Shown piece after piece: positions 1 through 10,587 of a stretch of DNA of 64,000 nucleotides. The stretch's first letter is position 1. Each line of letters starts with the position of its first letter. Below the pieces are notes generated by a model that saw only the letters and a list, made by a program, of their open reading frames with translations, did no database searches and was not told the DNA's origin. The position numbers and the translations under genes are program-made. The stretch spans positions 33,031 through 97,030 of the forward strand of contig JBFRWD010000103.1 of NCBI GenBank assembly GCA_051439425.1. Direction: 5' to 3'. The stretch comes from Synechococcus sp. GTDB lineage: Bacteria; Cyanobacteriota; Cyanobacteriia; Thermostichales; PCC-7336.

Positions 1-1
1 T

Positions 2-433
2 GGTGTCCTGATGGCGTTGGGCGATCGCATGGGTAAACGAGAACGGGCCATTCACCAGATTCAGATTTCCGACGGGTTGTTAGTCGGTCTGGCGCAAGCA
101 CTGGCGATTATTCCTGGTGTATCGCGATCGGGGGCCACGATTACCACGGGTCTATTTCTCGGGATGAGGAGAGATATGGCAGCCCGATTCGCATTTCTCT
201 TGGGAATTCCAGCATTAACGTTAGCTGGGGTGGTTGAATTTATTTCCGAGTTCTCGACCGAAGGAATTCCAGCCCAACTGGTGGGCACGGCTTCAGCGTT
301 ATTGTTCTCCTACCTATCCATCGACTGGCTGCTGAAATTTTTGCAGAAGCGCAGCACAGATGTCTTTGTGGCCTACCGCATTTTTATGGGCGTGTTTCTC
401 ATCCTGGCCGCATTTACCGGCTTAATCCAATAG
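2..433 (+). CDS. uppP: Undecaprenyl-diphosphate phosphatase (5'-truncated by window edge)
   Basis: GLAQALAIIPGVSRSGATIT signature, AARFAFLLGIP and FVAYRI motifs; hydrophobic; frame open to window start. Confidence 0.93.
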   Translation, partial: GVLMALGDRMGKRERAIHQIQISDGLLVGLAQALAIIPGVSRSGATITTGLFLGMRRDMAARFAFLLGIPALTLAGVVEFISEFSTEGIPAQLVGTASALLFSYLSIDWLLKFLQKRSTDVFVAYRIFMGVFLILAAFTGLIQ

Positions 434-452
434 AAGCAGGTCGAGCGGCATC

Positions 453-488
453 GTGTTTGTGGATGAACAAGTGTTTGTGGATGAACAA
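453..488 (+). repeat. Perfect 18-bp tandem duplication (GTGTTTGTGGATGAACAA x2) at the menC start
   Basis: Read directly from the sequence. Confidence 0.9.
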
Positions 489-1499
489 GCTACTGTGACG
501 AGCAATCCATCTTCAGCCATCCATTGCTGGCGATTGGATGTTCGCCCCTATCGACGTCCGTTTCTTCAGCCTCTGGTGACCACTCACGGCCAGTGGTCTG
601 TACGTGATGGGGCGATTGTCCGACTATCAGCTCGGGGACATGTTGGGTATGGAGAGCTAGCCCCAATCCCCTGGTTTGGCTCGGAATCATTGGCGGAGGC
701 GTTGGATTTTTGTGCCTGTCTGGAGGGCCTTCTCACGGTCGAAAGGCTAGCTGAAATTCCCGATCGCTTCCCAGCCACTCAGTTCGCTCTCGAATCCGCC
801 TGGTCTGATTGGATGTTTGCTGAGTCCGAGTCAGTCAATTCAAACGATTTGGATGAACCCTCCGGTTTGCCGGTGTGTGGGCTGTTACCAACCGGCGAGG
901 CCGCATTACAGGCCTGGCCAAATTTATTGGAACGGGGATATACAACCCTGAAGTGGAAAGTTGGCGTTGTCGATCGCGCCCTAGAACTGGCATGGTTGCA
1001 TCAGCTTGTGAAGGCGCTACCGTCAGATATTGCGTTGCGTCTGGATGCAAATGGTGGTCTGGATGTAACAGGTGCTGCTGATTGGCTGCAAGCCTGCGAT
1101 CGCCTCCCGATCGAGTTTCTCGAACAACCTCTACCGGCTACTGAATTTGAGAATCTGCTCCAGCTTCAGCATCGGTTCGCTACTCCTATTGCCTTGGACG
1201 AAGCGGTTGCAACCTTAGACGACCTGCTGCAGTGCATCGCTCGAGGCTGGGATGGCATTGTGGTTATCAAACCCGCCATCTGCGGATTTCCCTCGCGAGT
1301 CCAGCAGGTTTGCCAAGCTCATCAACTGGACGTAGTGGTTTCGTCTGTTCTGGAAACTCCTGTGGGTCAGAAAGCCGCCCGTTTGTGTGCCCGCGAGATC
1401 GGTAGCCATCGAGCTGTAGGTTTTGGAATAGACCATTTACTACAACCCGTTCCGAGTCACTGGCCCGCTAGTCTATGGCAGACTTCACCACCCTCCTAA
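453..1499 (+). CDS. menC: o-succinylbenzoate synthase
   Basis: Enolase-superfamily motifs TLKWKVG, LRLDANGG, FLEQP, IALDE, VIKP; directly upstream of menE. Confidence 0.9.
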   Translation: MFVDEQVFVDEQATVTSNPSSAIHCWRLDVRPYRRPFLQPLVTTHGQWSVRDGAIVRLSARGHVGYGELAPIPWFGSESLAEALDFCACLEGLLTVERLAEIPDRFPATQFALESAWSDWMFAESESVNSNDLDEPSGLPVCGLLPTGEAALQAWPNLLERGYTTLKWKVGVVDRALELAWLHQLVKALPSDIALRLDANGGLDVTGAADWLQACDRLPIEFLEQPLPATEFENLLQLQHRFATPIALDEAVATLDDLLQCIARGWDGIVVIKPAICGFPSRVQQVCQAHQLDVVVSSVLETPVGQKAARLCAREIGSHRAVGFGIDHLLQPVPSHWPASLWQTSPPS

Positions 1500-2947
1500 T
1501 CGACCGATCGGTGACCTCATGGATACACCACCCTGAGGCCCATCGCTTTGACGAGTGGTTTGATACCGCACACCAACAGCTAGCCAAGCTTGCTGGCAGC
1601 TCTCAGCGTATTGTATTGAGCGATCGCCATCCGGTCAGGTTCTTGGCTCGCTTGGCTGCAATTCACGCCAGCGGCCACGTTGTCTTCCTAGGCAATCCCG
1701 ATTGGGCAGATCGGGAATGGCAACAGGTGCGGGAGATTGTCCGACCCCAGGCAATTCTGGGCGATACGCCTCTAGCCGATTCGACAGAGCCATGCAAGTC
1801 AGTAGTCGTACGCAAGCCAACAGCAAACTTGCATGACGTCGACCTGCCAACTAGTGCCGATGGGGCTCTTATTTGCATTCCAACAGGTGGCACCTCCGGT
1901 CAGCTCAAATTCGCCTGTCATACCTGGACAACTCTGACTGCTGCAGCCGTTGCGCTACACCAACATCTGGGCAACCCTTCCCCCTTAAATTCGTTTTGTC
2001 TACTGCCGTTATTTCACGTGAGTGGGTTGATGCAGTTTGTGCGATCGCTGGTCACTGGCGGCCAATTATTCCTTGGGCAATCCAAACAATTTTTGGCCGG
2101 AAACTACCGAGCTATCCCTCCTGATACGTGGTGTCTGTCACTGGTGCCGACACAGCTGAAACGAGCAATTGATACCCCTGAACTGGTCGAGTGGCTAATG
2201 GGCTGTCGAGTTATTTTCCTAGGAGGAGCCCCCGCCTGGCCCTCATTGTTAGACGCTGCTCGCAGATTACGATTGCCCATCGCTCCTGCCTACGGAGCCA
2301 CCGAGACTGCAGCTCAAGTCGCGACGCTTCTGCCTCAAGCCTTTCTGGCCGGAGTACAAGATTGTGCCGACCTGTTACCTCATGTGTCGATCGACATTCT
2401 CGATCGGGCGGGCGATCGCCTACCAGTCAATCGAGTCGGACGACTGGCGATTCAATCGCCATCTCTTGCTCTAGGCTACGTGCCGGCATCGCAAGTTCAA
2501 TCCAGAACATCTGCTGGATGGGTACCGGACGATATCGGCTACCTCGATGGGGAGGGTCGCTTGCACGTGCTGGGGCGCAGTAGTGACACCATTATGACCG
2601 GAGGCGAAAATGTCTTTCCTGCGGAGGTTGAGGCTGCTATTCGGGACACCCAACTCGTTGAGGATGTTGCCGTTATTGGGGTGCCGGATGAGGAGTGGGG
2701 GGAAGTGGTGACAGCACTGTGCGTCGTTAAAACCTCTATCCATTCGACAGTCTCTGAGGATATTGTGCGAGCAGAAAGCACCCGTTCAGTCAGCTTGACG
2801 ACGATTGCAACAGTCCTAAGCACTCAACTGGCGCGCTACAAACACCCGAAACGCTGGGCGATTGTTGAGGTCCTTCCCCGCAACCGACGTGGAAAAATCG
2901 ATCGCCATCAGTTGAGGCAGCTTGCGGACGATGCTGTATGGCTGTAG
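1475..2947 (+). CDS. menE: 2-succinylbenzoate-CoA ligase
   Basis: AMP-binding motifs PTGGTSG, YGATET, DDIGYLD, GGENVFPAEVE, GKIDR; overlaps the menC 3' end. Confidence 0.9.
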   Translation: MADFTTLLIDRSVTSWIHHPEAHRFDEWFDTAHQQLAKLAGSSQRIVLSDRHPVRFLARLAAIHASGHVVFLGNPDWADREWQQVREIVRPQAILGDTPLADSTEPCKSVVVRKPTANLHDVDLPTSADGALICIPTGGTSGQLKFACHTWTTLTAAAVALHQHLGNPSPLNSFCLLPLFHVSGLMQFVRSLVTGGQLFLGQSKQFLAGNYRAIPPDTWCLSLVPTQLKRAIDTPELVEWLMGCRVIFLGGAPAWPSLLDAARRLRLPIAPAYGATETAAQVATLLPQAFLAGVQDCADLLPHVSIDILDRAGDRLPVNRVGRLAIQSPSLALGYVPASQVQSRTSAGWVPDDIGYLDGEGRLHVLGRSSDTIMTGGENVFPAEVEAAIRDTQLVEDVAVIGVPDEEWGEVVTALCVVKTSIHSTVSEDIVRAESTRSVSLTTIATVLSTQLARYKHPKRWAIVEVLPRNRRGKIDRHQLRQLADDAVWL

Positions 2948-3130
2948 GCGCTGGCTGTCCTAACTGTCCTCTGTCCAACCCAAACATGGCGATCGTGCTG
3001 TTACGCCAGTTGAAAAACCTGAGGGCGATCGCCCTCATCCGCAAACCTTATATCTAGAAGCAGGCAGTAGCCCGTTAGAACCCAGGAGAATCAAAGTCCG
3101 AGGCTAAGTCAAGGGCTGTACCATCTCATG

Positions 3131-3225
3131 TATAGTGTTTGCCATTCCAGTTAGGACAAAGAGGTTCAATCTCAGTCAAGGCTGGACACAGCTGAAATGT
3201 TCGCGTTGGTATGACCACTGCCATA
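3131..3225 (+). repeat. Dispersed about 95-bp element, family A, copy 1
   Basis: TATAGTGTTTGCCATT...GCTGAAATGT...GTATGACCACTGCCATA; aligns with copies at 12074, 14633 and 34828. Confidence 0.85.
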
Positions 3226-3260
3226 TCCGATTGGTGGCGAGCCCTAATGCTTTCAAACAG

Positions 3261-3290
3261 AAAAAACCCCCGATCGGTAGGTCGGGGGTC
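3261..3290 (-). terminator. Rho-independent terminator
   Basis: Minus strand ACCCCCGAC-CTACC-GATCGGGGG followed by a T-run. Confidence 0.7.
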
Positions 3291-3462
3291 TGATTCATCA
3301 CTATCACAACCTCCTTAGAGCAGAGAGTTGGTTCTCATCACCACTCGACACGAGGTACTCATACTGTGCCCAGAGGTTCCGCACAAATACCTAAAGTTCC
3401 GATAAAGTTGGTAGCCAATTATGAAGCTTGTATAAATTTGGCTCTGACTTGGTGCGTCATGA

Positions 3463-4131
3463 CTAAGGTTCGATAAATTGGTGCATACCCGCGCGCGCCG
3501 GATCGAAGTCATGTGGAAAGCGAGTATCTGCATCGTAGACTGCTTGAGTTAAGTCAGCCCGAACCAGCTTGGTATCTTCTAAGTCTGCGCCGCGTAAATC
3601 TGAATGGCGTAGACTAGCCCCTTCCAAAATGGCGTGATGCAATTTAGCACCGCGTAGGTTCGTGCGTTCAATATTGGCAGCCGTCAGGTTCGTTTTGCTG
3701 AGATTGGCAAATCCGAGCGTTGCTCCGCGAAAGTCAGCTCGCTGCAAATTGCTGCGATCCATATCGACCTTGGTCAGCGTCGCCCCCCATAGCGACACCC
3801 CCGTAAAGTTGGTGCCAATCGCTGTTGCTCCCGATAGGTCAGCATTGGCCAAATTCGCATTCTCTAGATTGGCTTTGGATAGTAGAGCGTACTCCAAGCT
3901 GGCTCGCTTTAGAATCGCTTTGCAAAGATTGACGCCATTCAAATTGGCTCGCTCCAAATCTGCGCCGCTTAAATCGGCTTCTCTAAAGTCTGCCAGTTCC
4001 ATACGGGCAAATTCCATCTCCGCATTGCAGAGAATGATGCCTTTCAGTTTGGCTCCCTGAAGGTTTGCCGCGCTTAGCTGAGCCCGTTTAAATCGGCGAT
4101 CGCCATCCCGATAGGCTTCCAACAATTCCAT
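3463..4131 (-). CDS. Pentapeptide-repeat protein
   Basis: Continuous A(D/N)Lxx repeats; typical N-terminus MELLEAYRDGDRRF and C-terminus AVYDADTRFPHDFDP; start set at ATG 4131. Confidence 0.92.
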   Translation of the reverse strand: MELLEAYRDGDRRFKRAQLSAANLQGAKLKGIILCNAEMEFARMELADFREADLSGADLERANLNGVNLCKAILKRASLEYALLSKANLENANLANADLSGATAIGTNFTGVSLWGATLTKVDMDRSNLQRADFRGATLGFANLSKTNLTAANIERTNLRGAKLHHAILEGASLRHSDLRGADLEDTKLVRADLTQAVYDADTRFPHDFDPARAGMHQFIEP

Positions 4132-4865
4132 CGAACCCGCTACTTTGACCACCAACCAATCCCCAAACAATCGTGCTTGACACTTGAGTTAAACCAACAC
4201 TTTCTACATGCAGTCAGCATTACCCGTAGTGGAGAGATCCACGGCGATGTTACTCCCGCTGTCCTCCCAAACTATAGCTAGTTCCTAATGTTCCCTGGAG
4301 TTTTCGGTACTTACCCAAAAAGTTAGCGCAAGAGATTGAAATCGGCTGCAAAAACAAGTCTAAACGGCTTGGATTTGTCCCTCCATAGACGATATTGCCA
4401 GCTAGAAGCGACTACCAGCGTGCGAGTTGAACTTGCGAGCCGATTGTCCAAATCTACATATATCTAGAAGTGCTACCCAGTGCTAAATGCTCAAAACTCC
4501 GCAGAAGTGATGATAGCGGCCACTGGCCCAAAATACTTGGAAAGTCCTGACCGCAACGGCTCTTTGCGGAACTCGGACAACATTACCCCGTGAAGCTAAA
4601 AGGAGATTGCTGAAGACAGAACCCGCTCGGGAAACTCGGAACAATAGAATTCATACCAGTAAGAGCAGCCTCACTGATATCACTTTAGGTACATACCGAC
4701 TTCTTAAGTTCAAATTTTTACAATACGAAATCGGTTTATGCAGAATCGATCTCCTTTACGCTGCGGCCCTAAAAGCGGATAAAGAGCATATGAATGCAGG
4801 AGCTAATCTTCTGCCGAACAGTATAAAAACTGCTCGACCTACCGTTGCATATCCCACGAGAGAAA

Positions 4866-4937
4866 AGGTGGCGGCCAGATTCGAACTGGCGAATCGAGGA
4901 TTTGCAATCCTCTGCCTTACCACTTGGCCACGCCACC
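4866..4937 (-). tRNA. trnC: tRNA-Cys (GCA)
   Basis: Minus strand GGTGGCGTGGCCAAGTGGTAAGGCAGAGGATTGCAAATCCTC...GTTCGAATCTGGCCGCCACCT folds as a cloverleaf; GCA anticodon, U discriminator, CCA not encoded. Confidence 0.96.
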
Positions 4938-5040
4938 GTAGCGAGTAACAGTGTAGCGCGTCACCTTCACAAGTCAGCAGTTTTTTCGAAATGTGTTCAC
5001 CCAAGGCTTCAATCGAGCCTTCTTAGATTAGAGAAATCTA

Positions 5041-5898
5041 CTATCCCACTGCTATCTGTGCCGATTGAAATGCCTGCCATGCCTTGTAAAGCGTAAACGC
5101 TGACAACCCCAGCATCAGAGCCCGAAACATCATACTGATGGAGCGCTCGGGAAGTTTGGGCAAAAAACGGGTGCCTAGCTGCGCTCCGATCAATCCTCCA
5201 GCACCAACGGCCAGACCAGCCATCCAGATTACATTGCCGCGAGCGGTATGCCCCAACGTATTGAACAGTGACGTCAGCACTATCGCCCCCAAGCTGGTCT
5301 GAATCGCAGCTTTGATGCGCTCGTTCAACAGTAAAATCTGCAGCGGCACCATAATGACACCACCACCAACGCCGAACAGCCCTGCTGTCAGACCGGCGAG
5401 TCCTCCTGTCCCCCAACGGGCGATGGCAGTATTTGGATTTCTCGATCCAGATTGTCGAAACTCAGACGAATCTGCTCCGGCTAGAGCCCCGTTAATAGCA
5501 GACGAGGATGCCTGTGAAATGGCTTGCTTCTTCAGAGAGATTAGATAGACGTTCAGCAGAAGTAATAGGGCAAAACCGGCAAGCAGACCGTATTCGGGAA
5601 TGAGATCGCTGGCAATGAAGACTCCCACCTGACCGGCGATCGCAGCAGGAATGCCCAGAGCCAGAACATGTCGCAATTGCAAGGCTCCAGTTTTCCAGTT
5701 CCGCGTAGTCCCGGAGGTGGCCGTCATGAAAATGGCTAAATTACTGGTGGCCGTTGCTTGCAGCCCTTCAACACCCGTGGCTACTAACAGGGGAACAACC
5801 AGTGTGCCCCCCCCAATTCCCAGCAAACCTGCCACTACTCCGGCAACAACTCCACCGCTCATCAAAACCGCGATCGAGCCAATTGAGCCAATATCCAT
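5041..5898 (-). CDS. TauE/SafE family (sulfite exporter-like) membrane protein
   Basis: Two AGL(L/F)G(I/V)GGG motifs, ATATS and AIQTSL motifs, multiple TM segments; start set at MDIGSIG. Confidence 0.85.
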   Translation of the reverse strand: MDIGSIGSIAVLMSGGVVAGVVAGLLGIGGGTLVVPLLVATGVEGLQATATSNLAIFMTATSGTTRNWKTGALQLRHVLALGIPAAIAGQVGVFIASDLIPEYGLLAGFALLLLLNVYLISLKKQAISQASSSAINGALAGADSSEFRQSGSRNPNTAIARWGTGGLAGLTAGLFGVGGGVIMVPLQILLLNERIKAAIQTSLGAIVLTSLFNTLGHTARGNVIWMAGLAVGAGGLIGAQLGTRFLPKLPERSISMMFRALMLGLSAFTLYKAWQAFQSAQIAVG

Positions 5899-6054
5899 CA
5901 CATCTATGCCTTTACTCGATATCTGGCTCGCGTCAGCGGGCACGCAGGTAGTGATGTCAAGCTTGCTATTAAGGGCAGCCATCCAGCAGAACAACGCGGT
6001 GCAGCAAGCCTGGTGGGCGAACGATTTGCCCATCACTTGTCTGCTGACAGAGCA

Positions 6055-7119
6055 CTACCGTGTGGGCAACAGTATCATGCCGTCTCCAAAGGAATAGAAG
6101 CGATAGCCGGTAGTTAAGCACTCGGCGTACAGGTCTAACAACCGATCGCGGCCGATCGCAGCACTAATCATCATTAATAGCGTCGATTTGGGTAAATGAA
6201 AATTGGTAATCAGACCATCCAGCACCCGCCAATCGTAGCCGGGGTAAATAAACAGGTGGCTCTTGCCGCAAAACGGCTCTAGCGGTCCCGCTTGGGCGGC
6301 TGTCTCCAACGACCGAGCAACCGTGGTTCCAACGGCTATCACCCGCCCACCTGCGGCCTGAGTTGCTGCAATCTTATCGACAGTAGCGCTGGGAACATCG
6401 ATCCATTCCCCGTGCATTTGGTGTTCCAAAATAGTGTCAACTTCTACGGGACGAAACGTCCCCAGGCCAACGTGCAACGTCACGGTTGTTGTGGAAATGC
6501 CGCGATCGCTCAGCCGCTGCAAAAGTTCGGGGGTAAAGTGCAGGCCAGCCGTAGGGGCAGCAACGGCTCCGGGCTCGGTGGCGTATACCGTCTGGTATTG
6601 CTCGTCATTCGCCAGCCGCTCTTTAACGTAAGGAGGAAAGGGAATTATCCCGGCTCGGTCAATGGTGGAAAAAAACGTTTCGCCTGCGGGCCACTGAAAC
6701 TTGAGCAATCGTCCGCCAGTTTCGGGATGTTTGGCGATCGCCGTAGCCTGCAGTCCTGCCTCAAAGTGCAGTTGAGTCCCCACTGGAATTCTGCGCCCAG
6801 GCTTGACCAACGCCAACCACGTATCGCCGTCCACCTGCTCTAACAACAGCGCTTCTACAGCACCACCAGTCGATTTTTGACCTAACAGCCGGGCGGGGAT
6901 CACCTTGGTATTGTTTAGCACCAGTACATCACCCGGTTTTAAAACATCGGGCAGGTCTGTGAAGTGCTGGTGAGCGTGTTCGGCAGCTTCTACAACCAAC
7001 ATGCGGGCCCGATCTCGAGGTTCCACGGGTTGCTGGGCAATTGCATCTGGCGGTAACTCGTAGTCGTAGGACTGTGTCAGTAAATCTGCGGGGGTTTGTG
7101 GCTGAGAGGTAAAAGGCAT
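6055..7119 (-). CDS. queA: S-adenosylmethionine:tRNA ribosyltransferase-isomerase
   Basis: YDYELP, NNTKVIPARL, AAPTAGLHFT, LHVGLGTFRPV, TNFHLPKSTL, YRFYSFGDGM. Confidence 0.97.
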   Translation of the reverse strand: MPFTSQPQTPADLLTQSYDYELPPDAIAQQPVEPRDRARMLVVEAAEHAHQHFTDLPDVLKPGDVLVLNNTKVIPARLLGQKSTGGAVEALLLEQVDGDTWLALVKPGRRIPVGTQLHFEAGLQATAIAKHPETGGRLLKFQWPAGETFFSTIDRAGIIPFPPYVKERLANDEQYQTVYATEPGAVAAPTAGLHFTPELLQRLSDRGISTTTVTLHVGLGTFRPVEVDTILEHQMHGEWIDVPSATVDKIAATQAAGGRVIAVGTTVARSLETAAQAGPLEPFCGKSHLFIYPGYDWRVLDGLITNFHLPKSTLLMMISAAIGRDRLLDLYAECLTTGYRFYSFGDGMILLPTR

Positions 7120-7392
7120 GCGATCGAGGCGACAGAGAACAGTACGGCCTGCAGATATCTTAGGCACTAAGCGGTTAAATTGAGAGAATTCGCAGACTCC
7201 GTGCATAGTCAGCAGCTCTTAATGACCGCTGCTTGAGCCACTGACGTGCTCGGATATCGCGATTTCTTCGCTTAGCAACCTGTGCTGGCAAGCCGTACGG
7301 TCGCTTGGAACTGCACAATCTTGATTGCACAATCGCCTCTTTAATTACACGGCAATGATTCGGTTTCGCAACAACAGCAGTGTGAGTGAGCA

Positions 7393-8346
7393 ATGATAGG
7401 TTCGATCATAAGATTTGCCCAAATTTCGGACATGCACTTGATGCAGCCGGATGGATGCCGGTGCAAGTGGATGCCGGGGGAACCCGAGGAACTGTTACAG
7501 CAGGCGATCTCGCAAGTCCAGGAGATACCCAACCTGGATTTTGTTGTGTTTACCGGTGACCTGGTGGATGCGGCCGATTGCGCCAGCTTCCAACGTCTAG
7601 ATGAAATTGTGCGTCAGTTATCGATACCGTACTTTTTCAGCGTGGGCAATCACGACATCGATGAAGTTGATGGTGTCGCCCCAGCGGGGAAGTTTGGTCG
7701 GTCGCAATTTATTGACTGGTGCCGCACGCATTTTTGGCTGGATGCGGCCGAAACAGGGTTCGCTGATTTTGTGGTGTCCCCTCTCCCCCATCTCAAGCTC
7801 ATCTGCGTGGATGCCAGCATCGGCCCCTGTCCAGAGCCTCAGGGCACGCTCCGTCCACGGCAACTGGACTGGTTGGCCGCTCGGCTAAAGCAGTATTCCG
7901 ACGAGATGGTCATTGTCGCGATCCATCAACCGCCCCTTGCCTCTGTTTTATTTCGTCACCACCGCATATTGCCAGACCATTCCCGCCAGTTCTGCCAAGT
8001 CCTGGCCCAGCACCGATATGTTGCTGCCGTACTGAGTGGCCACCTGCACACCCCTAAGCGCTATCGCAGGAGAAACACAGCTTTCTTGACCGCCCCTCCA
8101 CTGGTAGGGCCAGTAGCCGCGTTCCGTACGATCGAACTGGAGGGTCCTATCTCATCTGCTCCCAATCGCCAGTGGGGGCGGCTGAGGTATGACTGGCATT
8201 CTGTACGTCTGTCGGGGGCCAATCCAAAGTTGATGTGGAAAGCGATTGCTCGTGGACGCTCTATCGATCGCTCCGGCCAAGTGAGGATAGCGGTACCGGC
8301 CAATTGGGGAGAGACTCTACCGCTGCACGTTCCTGTTGTGGCGTAA
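7393..8346 (+). CDS. Calcineurin-like metallophosphoesterase (CpdA/Icc-like)
   Basis: ISDMH, TGDLVD, GNHD, SGHLH motifs. Confidence 0.85.
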   Translation: MIGSIIRFAQISDMHLMQPDGCRCKWMPGEPEELLQQAISQVQEIPNLDFVVFTGDLVDAADCASFQRLDEIVRQLSIPYFFSVGNHDIDEVDGVAPAGKFGRSQFIDWCRTHFWLDAAETGFADFVVSPLPHLKLICVDASIGPCPEPQGTLRPRQLDWLAARLKQYSDEMVIVAIHQPPLASVLFRHHRILPDHSRQFCQVLAQHRYVAAVLSGHLHTPKRYRRRNTAFLTAPPLVGPVAAFRTIELEGPISSAPNRQWGRLRYDWHSVRLSGANPKLMWKAIARGRSIDRSGQVRIAVPANWGETLPLHVPVVA

Positions 8347-8456
8347 ATAATCTCCCCTGAGAAGAACTGGCTTTCCATATGCTGCTGTTGAGCATTCTCA
8401 TTCCTCTTGAGTCGTAAATTCTTAGCGTCTCGCCGCGCGAGTCAAGGACTCAAAAC

Positions 8457-8936
8457 TTAAGAACGAAATATATATTTCAGTTGGATTTCGATATCGCTTC
8501 GACCATCAACTGCCACAGCCGCTTCTTCGAATTTAGGCGGACGCATAGAGATGCTGGGGTTACGAGAAAAGCCAAATCCTTCGCGGGGAATCCCTAGCAG
8601 GTTGAAGTTAAGGGCACCATCACTGTTGGCGTCATGAAAGACCGCGACGGCATAATCCCCTGGCACCGGCAGGTCGAAGGTAATTTCAGGCGTTGCATCG
8701 TCAAGGGCCACACATTGGGTTGCTAACGCCCGCTCGCCTCCTGATGGGAATCCGGCTTCGCTGTCAAATAAACTCAAACAGATTTGTCCCTCTTGAGTCC
8801 GAAATCCGTTAACGGTTACTGTGAGTTGGTTTTTGGGATGGGATGGGAACCCATCCGGAATAGAAATGCCGCCTACAATTGCCAGCAAGAGCAGAGGGAA
8901 TGAAAAGTATTGCACGGTCGTCGTCAGAAAGGACAA
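8457..8936 (-). CDS. DUF2141 family exported protein
   Basis: N-terminal hydrophobic segment; GDYAVAVFHDANSDG...GIPREGFGFSRNP motif. Confidence 0.8.
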   Translation of the reverse strand: MSFLTTTVQYFSFPLLLLAIVGGISIPDGFPSHPKNQLTVTVNGFRTQEGQICLSLFDSEAGFPSGGERALATQCVALDDATPEITFDLPVPGDYAVAVFHDANSDGALNFNLLGIPREGFGFSRNPSISMRPPKFEEAAVAVDGRSDIEIQLKYIFRS

Positions 8937-9350
8937 GAAGAACTGCCCACAGCCAACATTTACGCTGTCAGTATTGGTGAAACGCGGCTGCCGATAAAGT
9001 CTGAGATGGAAGCGGGAGTTGTCGTTGTAGAGAGGGGACGAGCATCAGTATGAGAGCGCAAACCACAGTCGAATATATTAGCTTTTGGTGAGAAACCCCA
9101 GGATCTAAACCTAAAGTCCATTGCCGTAAAAAGCATTCTCGTTTAGAGCGAATTATGGGATCGATATCCCTCCAGTTTGGTCCCCACAATTGCCCCTCCG
9201 CACCATTCGACCGTCGAAATAATATTGGCGATGATTACACTCATGAGCCCTGACCACTTCGCATGGCGCACTTCGATATCAGGTCTAGTCCTTAATTTGA
9301 CAGCAGCAAGCTGACGTTCCAAACCGCAGGGTGCCATGCCATAACTAGAG

Positions 9351-10223
9351 CTATTTACCCGTCAACCCTGCTGGATTGGAAATTTTATCGGAGTCGGTAA
9401 TGATCGCTTTCGTTCCTGGAGCTAGCTTGCGCACGTACTCCAACTGAACAATCTCGGGATTCTGCTGCAGCGCTTTACCCTTCAGCTCGATCGCCGAAGC
9501 TTCTCCCTCCGCTTGAATAATCGCCCGCTGCTTCTCCAGCTCTGCCTTTTCCACCAAAAAACGCTCCCGTTCCTTTTCCTGTTCGGCAATCTGTTTTTGT
9601 TCGATCGCCGTCTGGAACTGGTTTGAAAACTCTACGTTGCGCAGAAACACATCCTGCAAAATCAGATCGTTATTGGCGAATTTAGACACTAATTGTGCCT
9701 CGATTGCATCCTGAATTTGATCGCGCTCGTCAGAATACACGGCGATCGCTTGGTGCAATGCCAGCTCATTCCGAACCACCGTTCGCACTTCAGGCCGAAT
9801 CACCTTATCCAAATATCGGGGGCCAGTGGCTTGATGCAGGTGTGAAACTTTATCGGGGTCGAGGCGATATCGCACCGAAACATCCAACGAAATTTGCTGA
9901 CCGTCAGAACTTAGCACCCGCAACGCATCATCCCCGCGCACGTTCCCCTCAGACATCTGAGAGGCCATCGTATAAGTTTGGGTGCGCACGTCATAAAAAA
10001 TAGGACTCTCGATCGCTGGCACCAAGAAGTGCAGCCCCTCCCCACGAGGGCTATCTTCCAACCCTGTCAGCGAATTAAAAATGACCGCCCGACTTCCCGC
10101 CGGCACAATCAGAAAGCATTGGGAGCCCACTGTCAGGAGCAGGAATAGCAAACCACCCAAAATGTATGCCCAGAAGGGAATCTCCGGCAAATTGAACTCC
10201 GGACGCGGATTGGCCGAGCGCAT
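9351..10223 (-). CDS. SPFH/prohibitin (band 7) family protein
   Basis: N-terminal TM, EGLHFLVP, YDVRTQ, SSDGQQISLDVSVRY, AIEQKQIAEQ coiled coil. Confidence 0.9.
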   Translation of the reverse strand: MRSANPRPEFNLPEIPFWAYILGGLLFLLLTVGSQCFLIVPAGSRAVIFNSLTGLEDSPRGEGLHFLVPAIESPIFYDVRTQTYTMASQMSEGNVRGDDALRVLSSDGQQISLDVSVRYRLDPDKVSHLHQATGPRYLDKVIRPEVRTVVRNELALHQAIAVYSDERDQIQDAIEAQLVSKFANNDLILQDVFLRNVEFSNQFQTAIEQKQIAEQEKERERFLVEKAELEKQRAIIQAEGEASAIELKGKALQQNPEIVQLEYVRKLAPGTKAIITDSDKISNPAGLTGK

Positions 10224-10587
10224 ACAAGCTCCCCAGGGATTGCAAAAAACATCTCTACAGAGCCTAACGGATTTTCTTGACTCGGCCTAGCTTTTCGGGG
10301 CTCTCCGTCTCCAATTTTCAAAAAACACTGATTCCGATCGGCCCATCACACGGTGATAGTGATGGTAATGGCAAGCGGGGATGGCGGGCAGAGAGGCAAG
10401 GCCAGCCCTAGCGTAACGAATACCTACCAGCACTTGAAATGGTTGCAGGGTACGAAATTGCACTCCAGATGTAGCGCCTGAGAAAGAATTAATTGCTAGA
10501 CTTACGCTGTATATACTATAAGCATCAGGTGCGTCAGTGATTCCATGCCGTGAGAACGCACCGAACTACTACTAACGTCTACAAGGA

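Noticed and set aside
4273..4406. Possible degenerate third member of the arm-bounded element family
   Set aside because: Arm spacing is off by one and length differs (about 134 bp); too weak without alignment statistics
4866..4937. tRNA-Cys as an integration site for an island or prophage
   Set aside because: No integrase nearby and no duplicated tRNA 3' end seen in the window
4607..5096. ORFs 4607..4948, 4756..5004 and 4845..5096
   Set aside because: Overlap the tRNA and have no recognisable motifs; treated as spurious, like the other short antisense or nested ORFs in the track
5041..5898. TauE/SafE transporter as part of the sulfated EPS system
   Set aside because: About 18 kb away, downstream of queA, and the family has broad specificity
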